Source of the DNA: Eledone cirrhosa
Taxonomy: Eukaryota
Length of the DNA stretch: 64,000 bases
Direction: 5' to 3'
NCBI GenBank assembly: GCA_964016885.1
Contig: OZ024742.1
Location: 225,122,001-225,186,000, forward strand
This document shows, in pieces, positions 12,737-23,260 of this stretch (the first letter of the stretch is position 1; each line of letters begins with the position of its first letter). The position numbers were made by a program, and so were the translations under genes. Under the pieces are notes generated by a model. That model was given only the letters and a program-made list of their open reading frames with translations, made no database searches and was not told where the DNA came from.

Positions 12737-14833
12737 TTACCGTACTTTTGGTAGAGGAGGGATGGTTTTTACATCCCTTTTCACTTGATCGTCTGGTGAA
12801 GGGACCGTTGAATCGTCCCTTCGGCTGGTCGTCGGCTCTTCTAAGAGAATGTCTGAGTATACTCTTCGATTGATGGTTCCTCCTAGGTCCCTGAAATCAC
12901 CAACTGCGTTGGGGAATTTCGTTTTAATATTTGTGTATTGTTTCTGTGCTATTTTTAGCAGTCTTATGTTAGTTGGCGTTTTGATTGGTGCTGGTATTAT
13001 GTAGTCCTGTTGTGAAATGTCTGTGTGTTCAATTATGTAAGTCATTAGTTTCTTGTTGTGTGTATTTATTGCCGTGCATTTGTTTTTCTGGGGGTGGGGT
13101 GTGGTTCTGCTATTTTCTTGTCGTTGTTGCTGGGTGTGTGTGTTTTGTTGTTGTGTTTGCGATGTTGGTGCTTGTGGTGGTGGTGTTGAAGGTGTTGTTG
13201 GCGGTGGGGTTGTCGCCGGTGGTGATGGTGGCGCTAGTGTGGGTGGTGATGGTGTTGGTGTTGTTGCTGCTGTGGGTCTCTTTGCAGTAGACTTTACCCT
13301 TTTCTCATTTCTTTCCTCACTTTTCAAAGGCGACGATGCGCTGCTTCTGCGTTTGTGCCTTCTTACGACCTTTTGCCATCTCTCTCCCACCTCACACTCC
13401 ATGTCTGATTCTGTGAGGTCGGGGAGGGGTACCAACTCCACTCTTTCACTTGTTGTTGTTGGTGATGTTTGCACTGGAGTCTCTGTTGCAGCTGCATTTG
13501 GTATTGCTGTTGTTGTTGTTAGTATTTCCACTGCTGCTGCTGTTTTTGATTTCCGTGGAGTGGGTATGGGTGCCACGGGCCTATCGTTCCTGGTTGCCGC
13601 TTGTCCTGTTGCTGGTAGCCGTGGAGCCGGATTCGGAAGGAGGGGGGTTTTCTCCTTTCTCAGGGTCTTCTCGTTGCAGAAGGCCCTGAGGTGAGTCTTC
13701 GATCCACAGCGAAAGCATTTCGGGCGTTTGCCCTCAACACTTATGGGCAGTTGAGTGCCGTTATCGAAGTCTATCACATCCGGGATAGCTTCGATGCACT
13801 CCTGGTTGGTTTGGATTAGCATCTCAATGGAGGAGCCGACCCAATCTTCTCTTACTTTTTTCTGTACTTGCAGTACAGTTGTTTTGTCCTCGATTCCGAC
13901 GAGGACAGACGCGGCCAGCCAAGAAGGGGTCATTCCGGGGGGGACGTGGGTCAGTTTGACCCTCACAATTTTTTGCCCACAGTAGGAGGGCACCAACACC
14001 ATTTCCTCGCTCCTTAGGGTCACTACTGATTGGGCCTTTGCCTCCTGGGGTGTGGCAAAAAGTACGTCTACGGTGGCATATTTTTTGCCTCGGGTGATGT
14101 GCGTTTTCCGCTGCCACACAGACCCCAAGGCTTTTTGTATTTGGGCCTCTGTGGCTCTTTCCACCCTACGGGATTTTGTACTTACTGTACGGTACGTGAC
14201 CGTACAGTGCTCTTGGGTTTCGAAAAATTTTTCCGCTGCCTTGCAGATTGCTCGGTGTCCGTTCTTTGTCACCATCTTCTTCGCTTCCTCTAATTCCTCA
14301 TTTGTTATGAGGATTGTTTCCAGGTTTTTCGCAATACCTGCAAATGAGATTGGTTTTTCTCTGCTGTTGTTGTTGTCGTCAGAGCTGCTGGTACTTTTGT
14401 TGTTGCTGCAGGTACTACGACTACTGCCTCCGCCGCTGTTGCTGTGGTTGTTGTTGGTGTTGCTGCTGCTAATGCTGTTGTTGTTTATGCTGCTGGTGAT
14501 GCTGTTGCGGCTGCTACTGTTGTTTTCATTGTCACTGTTGCTGTTGTTATTACGGCTGCTACTGCTATTATTCCTGACGTCAGACGAATGAACTGGGTTT
14601 TCGTATTTCCCGCACACCTGTTTCGTCGCTGTCGTCGTCGTCGTGGAGAAACCTTGCACGCTTTGCACGAGACTTTTCTTTTCTTTCGTCACTTGCGAAA
14701 GAGAAGGGAGGGAGAGAGACACATTTAAAGAAGGGAGGGAGAGAGACAATCTTCTCTCTGCTGTAGTGATGATTGAGGAAGAAGAAGACGGAATGAGTGG
14801 GAGTGACGTATGAAATTTCTTTTTGGTAGCCAT
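12737..14833 (-). CDS. LINE ORF1p (nucleic-acid chaperone with one CCHC knuckle and N/S- and P/T-rich regions)
   Basis: First ATG at 14833 (AAAACATGG); the track starts upstream at a TTG. CFRCGSKTHLRAFC knuckle; WQKVVRR motif; lies 35 nt upstream of ORF2. Confidence 0.9.
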   Translation of the reverse strand: MATKKKFHTSLPLIPSSSSSIITTAERRLSLSLPSLNVSLSLPSLSQVTKEKKSLVQSVQGFSTTTTTATKQVCGKYENPVHSSDVRNNSSSSRNNNSNSDNENNSSSRNSITSSINNNSISSSNTNNNHSNSGGGSSRSTCSNNKSTSSSDDNNNSREKPISFAGIAKNLETILITNEELEEAKKMVTKNGHRAICKAAEKFFETQEHCTVTYRTVSTKSRRVERATEAQIQKALGSVWQRKTHITRGKKYATVDVLFATPQEAKAQSVVTLRSEEMVLVPSYCGQKIVRVKLTHVPPGMTPSWLAASVLVGIEDKTTVLQVQKKVREDWVGSSIEMLIQTNQECIEAIPDVIDFDNGTQLPISVEGKRPKCFRCGSKTHLRAFCNEKTLRKEKTPLLPNPAPRLPATGQAATRNDRPVAPIPTPRKSKTAAAVEILTTTTAIPNAAATETPVQTSPTTTSERVELVPLPDLTESDMECEVGERWQKVVRRHKRRSSASSPLKSEERNEKRVKSTAKRPTAATTPTPSPPTLAPPSPPATTPPPTTPSTPPPQAPTSQTQQQNTHTQQQRQENSRTTPHPQKNKCTAINTHNKKLMTYIIEHTDISQQDYIIPAPIKTPTNIRLLKIAQKQYTNIKTKFPNAVGDFRDLGGTINRRVYSDILLEEPTTSRRDDSTVPSPDDQVKRDVKTIPPLPKVR

Positions 14834-15070
14834 GTTTTTTTGTTTAAAATGAAATTTTGGGTACAAAACCCCAATAACTGGTTATTTAACCCCGAAGGGC
14901 CAAATAACGGACAGAAAGACCCCTCTCACGAGGAGGAGGGTGTCTTTATCAACAATTTGGTTCAAGTTTTAAACAATTTACAATTGTTTTAACGGTTAAA
15001 AATTACTATACCTTACAGAGCCGAGCCTCCGTCAACCATGGCATTCAATAATAATAATAATAATAATAAT

Positions 15071-15315
15071 GATTACTTATCGCAAATCCCAGGAAACCCG
15101 CGTATAGGAGAAATACAAAAGATAGTACTAATGGGAACTGCCCATATACTAAGGAAGATTCTGTCAATATAAGTACATCACAAGTCTAAACACTAAAGAT
15201 GCATGTGTGAATATGTATGTTCTTTCTTGAACATGGCGGACCTTGTTGTCTCTTGAGGTCACTGGTTGTGACTTGGTGATTACTCGTATGAACATAAAGC
15301 AAGATAAATGCAACT

Positions 15316-15316
<1 letters not shown>
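15071..15316 (+). mobile_element. 246-bp 3' fragment of an R4/Dong-like RLE LINE (cassette D1)
   Basis: Encodes DYLSQIPGNPRIGEIQKIVLMGTAHILRKILSI*, homologous to LQKACLMGTARTLRYVLNI* at the end of the 21731 ORF. Followed by a 3'UTR and (TAA)n. Confidence 0.85.
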
Positions 15317-15367
<51 letters not shown>

Positions 15368-15627
15368 TTTCTTTATTAACCACAAGGGTTTACATAAAGT
15401 AGACATTAAGGACAGTGCAGGACAATGCAGGACGGTACAAATGGGCATTTCTGCGTGTAAAAAAACAAAAACAGAGGATGTAACAAAAATAACAATGAAA
15501 ATAACAATGAAAAATTCCCCAATAGGGGGGAGACTTCGGAGGGACATTTGTGGAGAAAGCCCAGTAAAAAGCCACAATGACCCTGACCACCAAGGCAAGT
15601 GCCCTCTCCCAGTTTTCCACCTTTAGT

Positions 15628-18600
15628 TTACAGATATATACTCAGAGTCGGCCCATTCACTCGGGCCATTCTTGCTTCTCTCACCCATCTTTCAACAAAA
15701 TGCTGGGAAGAGAGCACTTCCTTCTCTACTCTGATTTTCCTTTTCAAATGAAATTTGAAAAAGTCAATCAGAGCATCACCGAAGAGGTAAGTGCTCGTCT
15801 TCAGCCCTTTCAAACGTGTCCACCATACTATCTCTTTCGCCATGGCCACCAGACAGATAAAAACTGCCTGCCCTTCCCGGCTAAAGGAGGAGGGCGGGGC
15901 AATCCTCACGATAGACTCAGATGATAGCTGGATCCGTCCTAAACGCGACAGCAGGTGTTCGACATAAACCCACAAGTCAGCAATTTTCGGACACTGGACG
16001 AGTGCGTGCAGGACGGTTTCGTCGCCCTGCGCGCATCTCGGACATGCCCGGCTGACGGCACCTCCATGCCTGTAGAGTTTATCCCGAACTGGCAAGGCTC
16101 CTCGGTAGCACTGCCAGGCCAGAGATTTCTGGAAGTTGTCCATAGGCCCTGGCCCGAAAGTTCTTCCGAAGAGATTGGCTAGTTGATTTTCGTCGACGCC
16201 TAGAGTTTCCCCAAGTACGTCGTCGCTCTTCCCCTCCACTAATCCTCTATAGAACGCCGAGGTGGAGTTTCCACCGATCACATTGCCCGATTGGTCGAGG
16301 GCTGTGAGCGCCTGAAGACATTCCAGTCTCCAGGCGCTCCCTCTCGGTCTTCGCTTGACCCAGGACTGCAGCTCCGTCAAGGAAACGAGCTGGGGAAAAA
16401 CGCGTCTAGCAAACGGCGACCACACCTGATCACCGTCGAGGAAGAGGTGGAGATGTCGTAGCCTGAGCGCGTGCCTGCGCATCATCAGCCACGGCATGCC
16501 CAGCCCTCCACGTAGCGGGTGTTGACAACAGATGGACCGCCTGACCATCGGAGCACGTCCCTTCCACAAAAAGCGAAAGAGCAAACGCTCCAGCGCAGTC
16601 AGGCGAGGTTTAGGACAAGGTACGACGGTTAGGCGGTAGCAGATGACAGACGCGATGTACGCGTTAGCCACCTCCGCTCGACCTTTCAGGGATAGCTTCC
16701 TCTCCGCCCATTTCTGGGTGAGAGAAGCCACCCTGCTCGTCACCTCGTCCCAGTTTTTGTCCGTCTGGAGGTCCGGACCGAACCAGACCCCTAGCAATTT
16801 AACCGGTCCGTCCGTCCAGCGCCCGACGACGCTGTTGGACGGCATGGACCTGCCTCTCCAGGTGCCGAGCTGCAGGCCCACTGACTTTTCCTGGTTGATC
16901 ATTGCTCCTGTCACCGCTTCGTATTCTCTTAGTGTAGTGCCGATCGCCTCGATGTGTTTGGCGTTCGACACCACTACGGTGACATCGTCCGCATATGCTG
17001 ACACGGATCTTCCGCATCCTAGTTCGCGCGGGACTCCCCTCAACGTCTCCAGTTTGTGCAGTAATGGCTCGAGAGTCAATACGTACAAGAGGGACGAGAG
17101 GGGACATCCTTGGCGGACCGAGCGCATGATGTTGAACGGTTCCGACAGGTGACCGTTCACTCTCACCACAGAGCAGATGTCGCTGTGCATGGCAGCGATC
17201 CAGCCTCTGAAGACGGGCCCAAAGCCAGCCGCCCTCAGGACTGCCGCTAGGTAACGATGGTCGACCCTATCGAAAGCTTTCGACTGATCTAAATTGATCA
17301 AGGACCCACCCGTGCCAGGTTCCCTAGCTACCCTCTCTACGATGTATCGCATGAGGTGGAGGTTGTCGTGGATGGATCTGTCGGGAATGGCGCATGTCTG
17401 CGCCTCTCCCACCAGACCACCAACGACAAGCGCCAACCTCTTTGCTAGCACCTTGGCCAAAATCTTAAACTCTGTGTTTAGCAGAGTTATGGGCCGGAAA
17501 TTGTCTATGTTATCCCCCTTGTTCGGATCCTTTCTCAGCAGTGCCACCGCTCCTCGGCTCACAGAACTGGGAATTCTCCCGTTCTGTTGCCAGTTGCAGT
17601 AGACGTCCGCCAAGAGGCCTCCGAACAAGTCTGGCATCTGTACGTAAAGTTCATAGGGCAGACCATCCAAACCAGGCGATTTACCCCTTGTGCAGCCAGT
17701 CATTGCCTCCCGTACTTCAGCGGCTGTTATCGGCTTTTCGCAACACTTCGCCTCAGTGGCCGAGAGCCGCGGCAGTCCGTCGAGGTAGACACTAAAGTCC
17801 ATCCCTCTACCCGGCCCCCCGCTGCCCCCGAACAGCTGAGCGAAGTGTCGCTGAAAAGCTTCACACATTTGCCCGGGATCGAGTAGCATGCGCCCGTCGT
17901 GGTCCACCAAAGACCGGATCGTGGCTTTGTTGCCACGACGCGCCTCCGCCACTCGGGCCCATTGAACGGCTTTCGTCCCCTCGTGTCTGAGAGCACGCAC
18001 CCTAGCTCTGACAACGCAGCCTTCGTGCTTTGCATTGAAGAATTGGTCAAGGGCCAATTTCGCCGCAAGCACGTCGGTCGCAATGCCTTTGCTAAGCGCC
18101 TCGTCTAATTTTCTAACTAGTTCTCCCTCTGCTCTATTTTTCTCTATTGCTAAAGCCTTACTAAACCTAATCGATTCTATTCTAATCGCTCTTTTCAGAG
18201 CAAACCACCACTTGTTGTTGACGATGGCCCCCGTCAACGCCCGCTTAACTAGTTCGCTAATCCGGTCTCTGTAGGCCTTGCGCGCTGGTAAGGACGCGTT
18301 TAGCTTCCAGTAGCCGGGTCCTCGTCTATGAAGCCTATCTAAGTCAAGCACACAGATCACGAATTTGTGGTCCGTGTAGCTGACTATCTTGAATTGTGGA
18401 CAGCCTATGCTAGACCTATCTATTTCCCTACAAAATACTCTATCTAGATATGATCTGGATGACCCTATGCGGTTTGTCCAAGTCCACATTGGCACATTCG
18501 GGAAATCCAATCGGTACCTGTCAGACAGTTCAAAACGCCTGAGCAGGTTGGTGAGGCTCTTGCACCCTCCACCCCTATCCGCTAATCCCACACAGTCCCA

Positions 18601-19047
18601 GCGTGCATCTAAGATCCCGTTCCAGTCGCCCACTAACACTAAAGAGCGGGACGTTCCAAGAAAGGTCTCCAGACGCCGGAAGAAATCAGGCCGCCCTGCT
18701 CCTGTCGGGGCATAGACGGCCACTAGCCTGAAAGCTTGCCCGTCTCCGCTGGTCACGTCCAGCACCACCAGCTTACCCTCTGGGTCCAGGAAGATGGCCC
18801 GTATGGCGAGATCCAAACCTCTCCGAAAAAGCACAGCAACTCCTCCACCGGATCCAGGACGGCTGGGAGATGCGTACACATCGAAGCCGCCGAAGATCGG
18901 TGCGAAGGCCCGTGCTTCGGAGATTCTGGTCTCGCTGATGGCCACTACATCTATGTTTAGTGACCTGAGGTCGTTGAGCAGGTGACCCTGCTTCCATGAC
19001 GACCCCAAGCCACGCGCATTTATGCTGCCTATTCTGAGTGAGGTCAT
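15628..19047 (-). CDS. LINE ORF2p (APE-RT-CCHC, 1139 aa)
   Basis: Same motifs as 9282-12701; intact. Confidence 0.97.
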   Translation of the reverse strand: MTSLRIGSINARGLGSSWKQGHLLNDLRSLNIDVVAISETRISEARAFAPIFGGFDVYASPSRPGSGGGVAVLFRRGLDLAIRAIFLDPEGKLVVLDVTSGDGQAFRLVAVYAPTGAGRPDFFRRLETFLGTSRSLVLVGDWNGILDARWDCVGLADRGGGCKSLTNLLRRFELSDRYRLDFPNVPMWTWTNRIGSSRSYLDRVFCREIDRSSIGCPQFKIVSYTDHKFVICVLDLDRLHRRGPGYWKLNASLPARKAYRDRISELVKRALTGAIVNNKWWFALKRAIRIESIRFSKALAIEKNRAEGELVRKLDEALSKGIATDVLAAKLALDQFFNAKHEGCVVRARVRALRHEGTKAVQWARVAEARRGNKATIRSLVDHDGRMLLDPGQMCEAFQRHFAQLFGGSGGPGRGMDFSVYLDGLPRLSATEAKCCEKPITAAEVREAMTGCTRGKSPGLDGLPYELYVQMPDLFGGLLADVYCNWQQNGRIPSSVSRGAVALLRKDPNKGDNIDNFRPITLLNTEFKILAKVLAKRLALVVGGLVGEAQTCAIPDRSIHDNLHLMRYIVERVAREPGTGGSLINLDQSKAFDRVDHRYLAAVLRAAGFGPVFRGWIAAMHSDICSVVRVNGHLSEPFNIMRSVRQGCPLSSLLYVLTLEPLLHKLETLRGVPRELGCGRSVSAYADDVTVVVSNAKHIEAIGTTLREYEAVTGAMINQEKSVGLQLGTWRGRSMPSNSVVGRWTDGPVKLLGVWFGPDLQTDKNWDEVTSRVASLTQKWAERKLSLKGRAEVANAYIASVICYRLTVVPCPKPRLTALERLLFRFLWKGRAPMVRRSICCQHPLRGGLGMPWLMMRRHALRLRHLHLFLDGDQVWSPFARRVFPQLVSLTELQSWVKRRPRGSAWRLECLQALTALDQSGNVIGGNSTSAFYRGLVEGKSDDVLGETLGVDENQLANLFGRTFGPGPMDNFQKSLAWQCYRGALPVRDKLYRHGGAVSRACPRCAQGDETVLHALVQCPKIADLWVYVEHLLSRLGRIQLSSESIVRIAPPSSFSREGQAVFICLVAMAKEIVWWTRLKGLKTSTYLFGDALIDFFKFHLKRKIRVEKEVLSSQHFVERWVREARMARVNGPTLSIYL

Positions 19048-19082
19048 GTTTAAAATAGAGTGGAAAAGATGGGAAAGACCAC

Positions 19083-21179
19083 TTACCGTACTTTTGGTAG
19101 AGGAGGGATGGTTTTTACATCCCTTTTCACTTGATCGTCTGGTGAAGGGACCGTTGAATCGTCCCTTCGGCTGGTCGTCGGCTCTTCTAAGAGAATGTCT
19201 GAGTATACTCTTCGATTGATGGTTCCTCCTAGGTCCCTGAAATCACCAACTGCGTTGGGGAATTTCGTTTTAATATTTGTGTATTGTTTCTGTGCTATTT
19301 TTAGCAGTCTTATGTTAGTTGGCGTTTTGATTGGTGCTGGTATTATGTAGTCCTGTTGTGAAATGTCTGTGTGTTCAATTATGTAAGTCATTAGTTTCTT
19401 GTTGTGTGTATTTATTGCCGTGCATTTGTTTTTCTGGGGGTGGGGTGTGGTTCTGCTATTTTCTTGTCGTTGTTGCTGGGTGTGTGTGTTTTGTTGTTGT
19501 GTTTGCGATGTTGGTGCTTGTGGTGGTGGTGTTGAAGGTGTTGTTGGCGGTGGGGTTGTCGCCGGTGGTGATGGTGGCGCTAGTGTGGGTGGTGATGGTG
19601 TTGGTGTTGTTGCTGCTGTGGGTCTCTTTGCAGTAGACTTTACCCTTTTCTCATTTCTTTCCTCACTTTTCAAAGGCGACGATGCGCTGCTTCTGCGTTT
19701 GTGCCTTCTTACGACCTTTTGCCATCTCTCTCCCACCTCACACTCCATGTCTGATTCTGTGAGGTCGGGGAGGGGTACCAACTCCACTCTTTCACTTGTT
19801 GTTGTTGGTGATGTTTGCACTGGAGTCTCTGTTGCAGCTGCATTTGGTATTGCTGTTGTTGTTGTTAGTATTTCCACTGCTGCTGCTGTTTTTGATTTCC
19901 GTGGAGTGGGTATGGGTGCCACGGGCCTATCGTTCCTGGTTGCCGCTTGTCCTGTTGCTGGTAGCCGTGGAGCCGGATTCGGAAGGAGGGGGGTTTTCTC
20001 CTTTCTCAGGGTCTTCTCGTTGCAGAAGGCCCTGAGGTGAGTCTTCGATCCACAGCGAAAGCATTTCGGGCGTTTGCCCTCAACACTTATGGGCAGTTGA
20101 GTGCCGTTATCGAAGTCTATCACATCCGGGATAGCTTCGATGCACTCCTGGTTGGTTTGGATTAGCATCTCAATGGAGGAGCCGACCCAATCTTCTCTTA
20201 CTTTTTTCTGTACTTGCAGTACAGTTGTTTTGTCCTCGATTCCGACGAGGACAGACGCGGCCAGCCAAGAAGGGGTCATTCCGGGGGGGACGTGGGTCAG
20301 TTTGACCCTCACAATTTTTTGCCCACAGTAGGAGGGCACCAACACCATTTCCTCGCTCCTTAGGGTCACTACTGATTGGGCCTTTGCCTCCTGGGGTGTG
20401 GCAAAAAGTACGTCTACGGTGGCATATTTTTTGCCTCGGGTGATGTGCGTTTTCCGCTGCCACACAGACCCCAAGGCTTTTTGTATTTGGGCCTCTGTGG
20501 CTCTTTCCACCCTACGGGATTTTGTACTTACTGTACGGTACGTGACCGTACAGTGCTCTTGGGTTTCGAAAAATTTTTCCGCTGCCTTGCAGATTGCTCG
20601 GTGTCCGTTCTTTGTCACCATCTTCTTCGCTTCCTCTAATTCCTCATTTGTTATGAGGATTGTTTCCAGGTTTTTCGCAATACCTGCAAATGAGATTGGT
20701 TTTTCTCTGCTGTTGTTGTTGTCGTCAGAGCTGCTGGTACTTTTGTTGTTGCTGCAGGTACTACGACTACTGCCTCCGCCGCTGTTGCTGTGGTTGTTGT
20801 TGGTGTTGCTGCTGCTAATGCTGTTGTTGTTTATGCTGCTGGTGATGCTGTTGCGGCTGCTACTGTTGTTTTCATTGTCACTGTTGCTGTTGTTATTACG
20901 GCTGCTACTGCTATTATTCCTGACGTCAGACGAATGAACTGGGTTTTCGTATTTCCCGCACACCTGTTTCGTCGCTGTCGTCGTCGTCGTGGAGAAACCT
21001 TGCACGCTTTGCACGAGACTTTTCTTTTCTTTCGTCACTTGCGAAAGAGAAGGGAGGGAGAGAGACACATTTAAAGAAGGGAGGGAGAGAGACAATCTTC
21101 TCTCTGCTGTAGTGATGATTGAGGAAGAAGAAGACGGAATGAGTGGGAGTGACGTATGAAATTTCTTTTTGGTAGCCAT
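19083..21179 (-). CDS. LINE ORF1p
   Basis: Identical translation to A1 ORF1. Confidence 0.9.
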   Translation of the reverse strand: MATKKKFHTSLPLIPSSSSSIITTAERRLSLSLPSLNVSLSLPSLSQVTKEKKSLVQSVQGFSTTTTTATKQVCGKYENPVHSSDVRNNSSSSRNNNSNSDNENNSSSRNSITSSINNNSISSSNTNNNHSNSGGGSSRSTCSNNKSTSSSDDNNNSREKPISFAGIAKNLETILITNEELEEAKKMVTKNGHRAICKAAEKFFETQEHCTVTYRTVSTKSRRVERATEAQIQKALGSVWQRKTHITRGKKYATVDVLFATPQEAKAQSVVTLRSEEMVLVPSYCGQKIVRVKLTHVPPGMTPSWLAASVLVGIEDKTTVLQVQKKVREDWVGSSIEMLIQTNQECIEAIPDVIDFDNGTQLPISVEGKRPKCFRCGSKTHLRAFCNEKTLRKEKTPLLPNPAPRLPATGQAATRNDRPVAPIPTPRKSKTAAAVEILTTTTAIPNAAATETPVQTSPTTTSERVELVPLPDLTESDMECEVGERWQKVVRRHKRRSSASSPLKSEERNEKRVKSTAKRPTAATTPTPSPPTLAPPSPPATTPPPTTPSTPPPQAPTSQTQQQNTHTQQQRQENSRTTPHPQKNKCTAINTHNKKLMTYIIEHTDISQQDYIIPAPIKTPTNIRLLKIAQKQYTNIKTKFPNAVGDFRDLGGTINRRVYSDILLEEPTTSRRDDSTVPSPDDQVKRDVKTIPPLPKVR

Positions 21180-21416
21180 GTTTTTTTGTTTAAAATGAAA
21201 TTTTGGGTACAAAACCCCAATAACTGGTTATTTAACCCCGAAGGGCCAAATAACGGACAGAAAGACCCCTCTCACGAGGAGGAGGGTGTCTTTATCAACA
21301 ATTTGGTTCAAGTTTTAAACAATTTACAATTGTTTTAACGGTTAAAAATTACTATACCTTACAGAGCCGAGCCTCCGTCAACCATGGCATTCAATAATAA
21401 TAATAATAATAATAAT

Positions 21417-21661
21417 GATTACTTATCGCAAATCCCAGGAAACCCGCGTATAGGAGAAATACAAAAGATAGTACTAATGGGAACTGCCCATATACTAAGG
21501 AAGATTCTGTCAATATAAGTACATCACAAGTCTAAACACTAAAGATGCATGTGTGAATATGTATGTTCTTTCTTGAACATGGCGGACCTTGTTGTCTCTT
21601 GAGGTCACTGGTTGTGACTTGGTGATTACTCGTATGAACATAAAGCAAGATAAATGCAACT

Positions 21662-21662
<1 letters not shown>
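21417..21662 (+). mobile_element. R4/Dong-like 3' cassette D2
   Basis: Appears identical to 15071-15316, with the same (AAT)8 linker upstream. Confidence 0.87.
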
Positions 21663-21732
<70 letters not shown>

Positions 21733-21734
<2 letters not shown>

Positions 21735-22988
21735 AGGAATTGTTAAGAACTCAATACATTCGGAGAGTACGGAGCGTATTGAAGTCACATCTGAACAGCA
21801 GAAATGCCATAAGCGCAGTAAATTCCCGAGCTGTGTCTATTATTAGGTACAGTGCGGGAATTCTGAGATGGAATGTTGCTGAACAAAAAGAAATGGATAG
21901 GAAGACTAGGAAGCTATTGACTATCTACAACATGTTCCACAAGAGGAGTGATGTCGATAGACTCTACTTAAGGAGATCTGAGGGTGGAAGAGGTCTTATC
22001 AGCATAGAGGACTGTGTTCAGATGGAGAAAAACAACCTACACAAATACGTGACTGATAGTAAGGAGCCAATGCTCAGAACTGTACTGAAGGAGGGGATAA
22101 TAGGCCAGGGGATGTCCAAGGAGGAAATAACAACAAGGAGAAAGAGCAGCCTTCAGGAAAAATCCCTTCATAGTACCTTCTTTGAGAAAACTGAATTTAG
22201 AGATCCACAGACATGGAACTGGTTGAAAAGAGGAGACCTTAAAAAGGCTACAGAAGGAATGTTAATGGCTGCGCAGGAGCAGGCCCTCAAAACGAAGTGG
22301 TTGAAACACCATATTTACAGGGAGGAGGCTAGCCCACTGTGCAGGATCTGTGGAGAGAGAGAGGAGACTGTGGCTCACATTGTATCCGAGTGTAAACACC
22401 TAGCCCAGGCCCACTATAAGGGCTGGAGACATGATATGATGGGCAGGGTGATCCACTGGCACCTATGCAAAGTAAACAATTTACCACATTCTGAGAAATG
22501 GTATGAGCATAGGCCAGAGGCGGTGATACAGAACGATCAGGTGAAGGTGCTGTGGGATTTTAGGATACAGACGGACAAGAAACTGGAACACAATAGATCT
22601 GACCTGGTGGTTGTGGACAAAGAAAAAAGATCGTGCTTGATTGTGGATGTGGCCTGCCCATTCGACACGAGAGTGCAAGAGAAGGAGAGGGAGAAAATTA
22701 ACCGATACCAGGACTTAAAGTGGGAGGTAAAAAGGATTTGGAACTGCCATGAAGTCAAAGTGATCCCGATTGTCATAGGCGCACTAGGGACTATCTCCGA
22801 AAGTTTCCAGGGATGGTTAAAGAAAATCGGCCCCTTCACGCTTTTTGGAACGCTTCAAAAGGCATGCTTGATGGGAACAGCAAGAACCCTCCGATACGTC
22901 CTGAATATCTGAGGCTGCAGGTAGTGGCTTGATATTCATTCCAACAAACTTTCCAGTTAACTAACATCAATGACAGAGACTCAATGAG
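21733..22988 (+). mobile_element. 5'-truncated R4/Dong-like RLE LINE in (TAA)n (393-aa open C-terminal ORF 21731-22912)
   Basis: LYLRRSEGGRGL, LMAAQEQAL, CRIC..ETVAHIVSEC, RHD, SDLVVVD..VDVACP, IVIGALG. (TAA)n on both sides. The ATG is formed by the junction with the repeat. Confidence 0.92.
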
Positions 22989-23260
22989 TAATAACAATAA
23001 TAATAATAATAATAATGTTTTCTTTATTAACCACAAGGGTTTACATAAAGTAGACATTAAGGACAGTACAGGACAATACAGGACGGTACAAATGGGCATT
23101 TCTGTGTGTAAAAAAAACAGAGGATGAAATAAAATAACAAAGAAAAATTCCCCAATAGGGGGGAGACTTCCGAGGGACATTTGTGGAGAAAGCCCATTAA
23201 AAGACCACAGTGGCCCTGACCACCAGCGCAAGTTCCCTCTCCCAGTTTTCCACCTTTAAT

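Larger units (their letters stand above)
9019..15046 (-). mobile_element. Full-length L1/Tx1-clade LINE, copy A1, bracketed by (AAT)n at both ends
   Basis: Two intact ORFs. 3'UTR ends AATAAAGAAATC-(ATT)n. (AAT)n at 8974-9018 and 15047-15070. Confidence 0.96.
15366..21392 (-). mobile_element. Full-length L1/Tx1-clade LINE, copy A2 (near-identical tandem duplicate of A1)
   Basis: Offset 6346-6347 bp from A1; ORF1 translation identical; ORF2 differs by a couple of C-terminal residues. Confidence 0.96.

Noticed and set aside
10297-14728. Plus-strand ORFs overlapping the LINEs (169, 213, 179 aa etc.)
   Set aside because: Antisense shadows of GC-rich or low-complexity coding sequence; they recur only because the elements are near-identical.
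21731-21733. ATG start of the 393-aa ORF as a real gene start
   Set aside because: Created by the (AAT)n/element junction; the RT catalytic core is missing.
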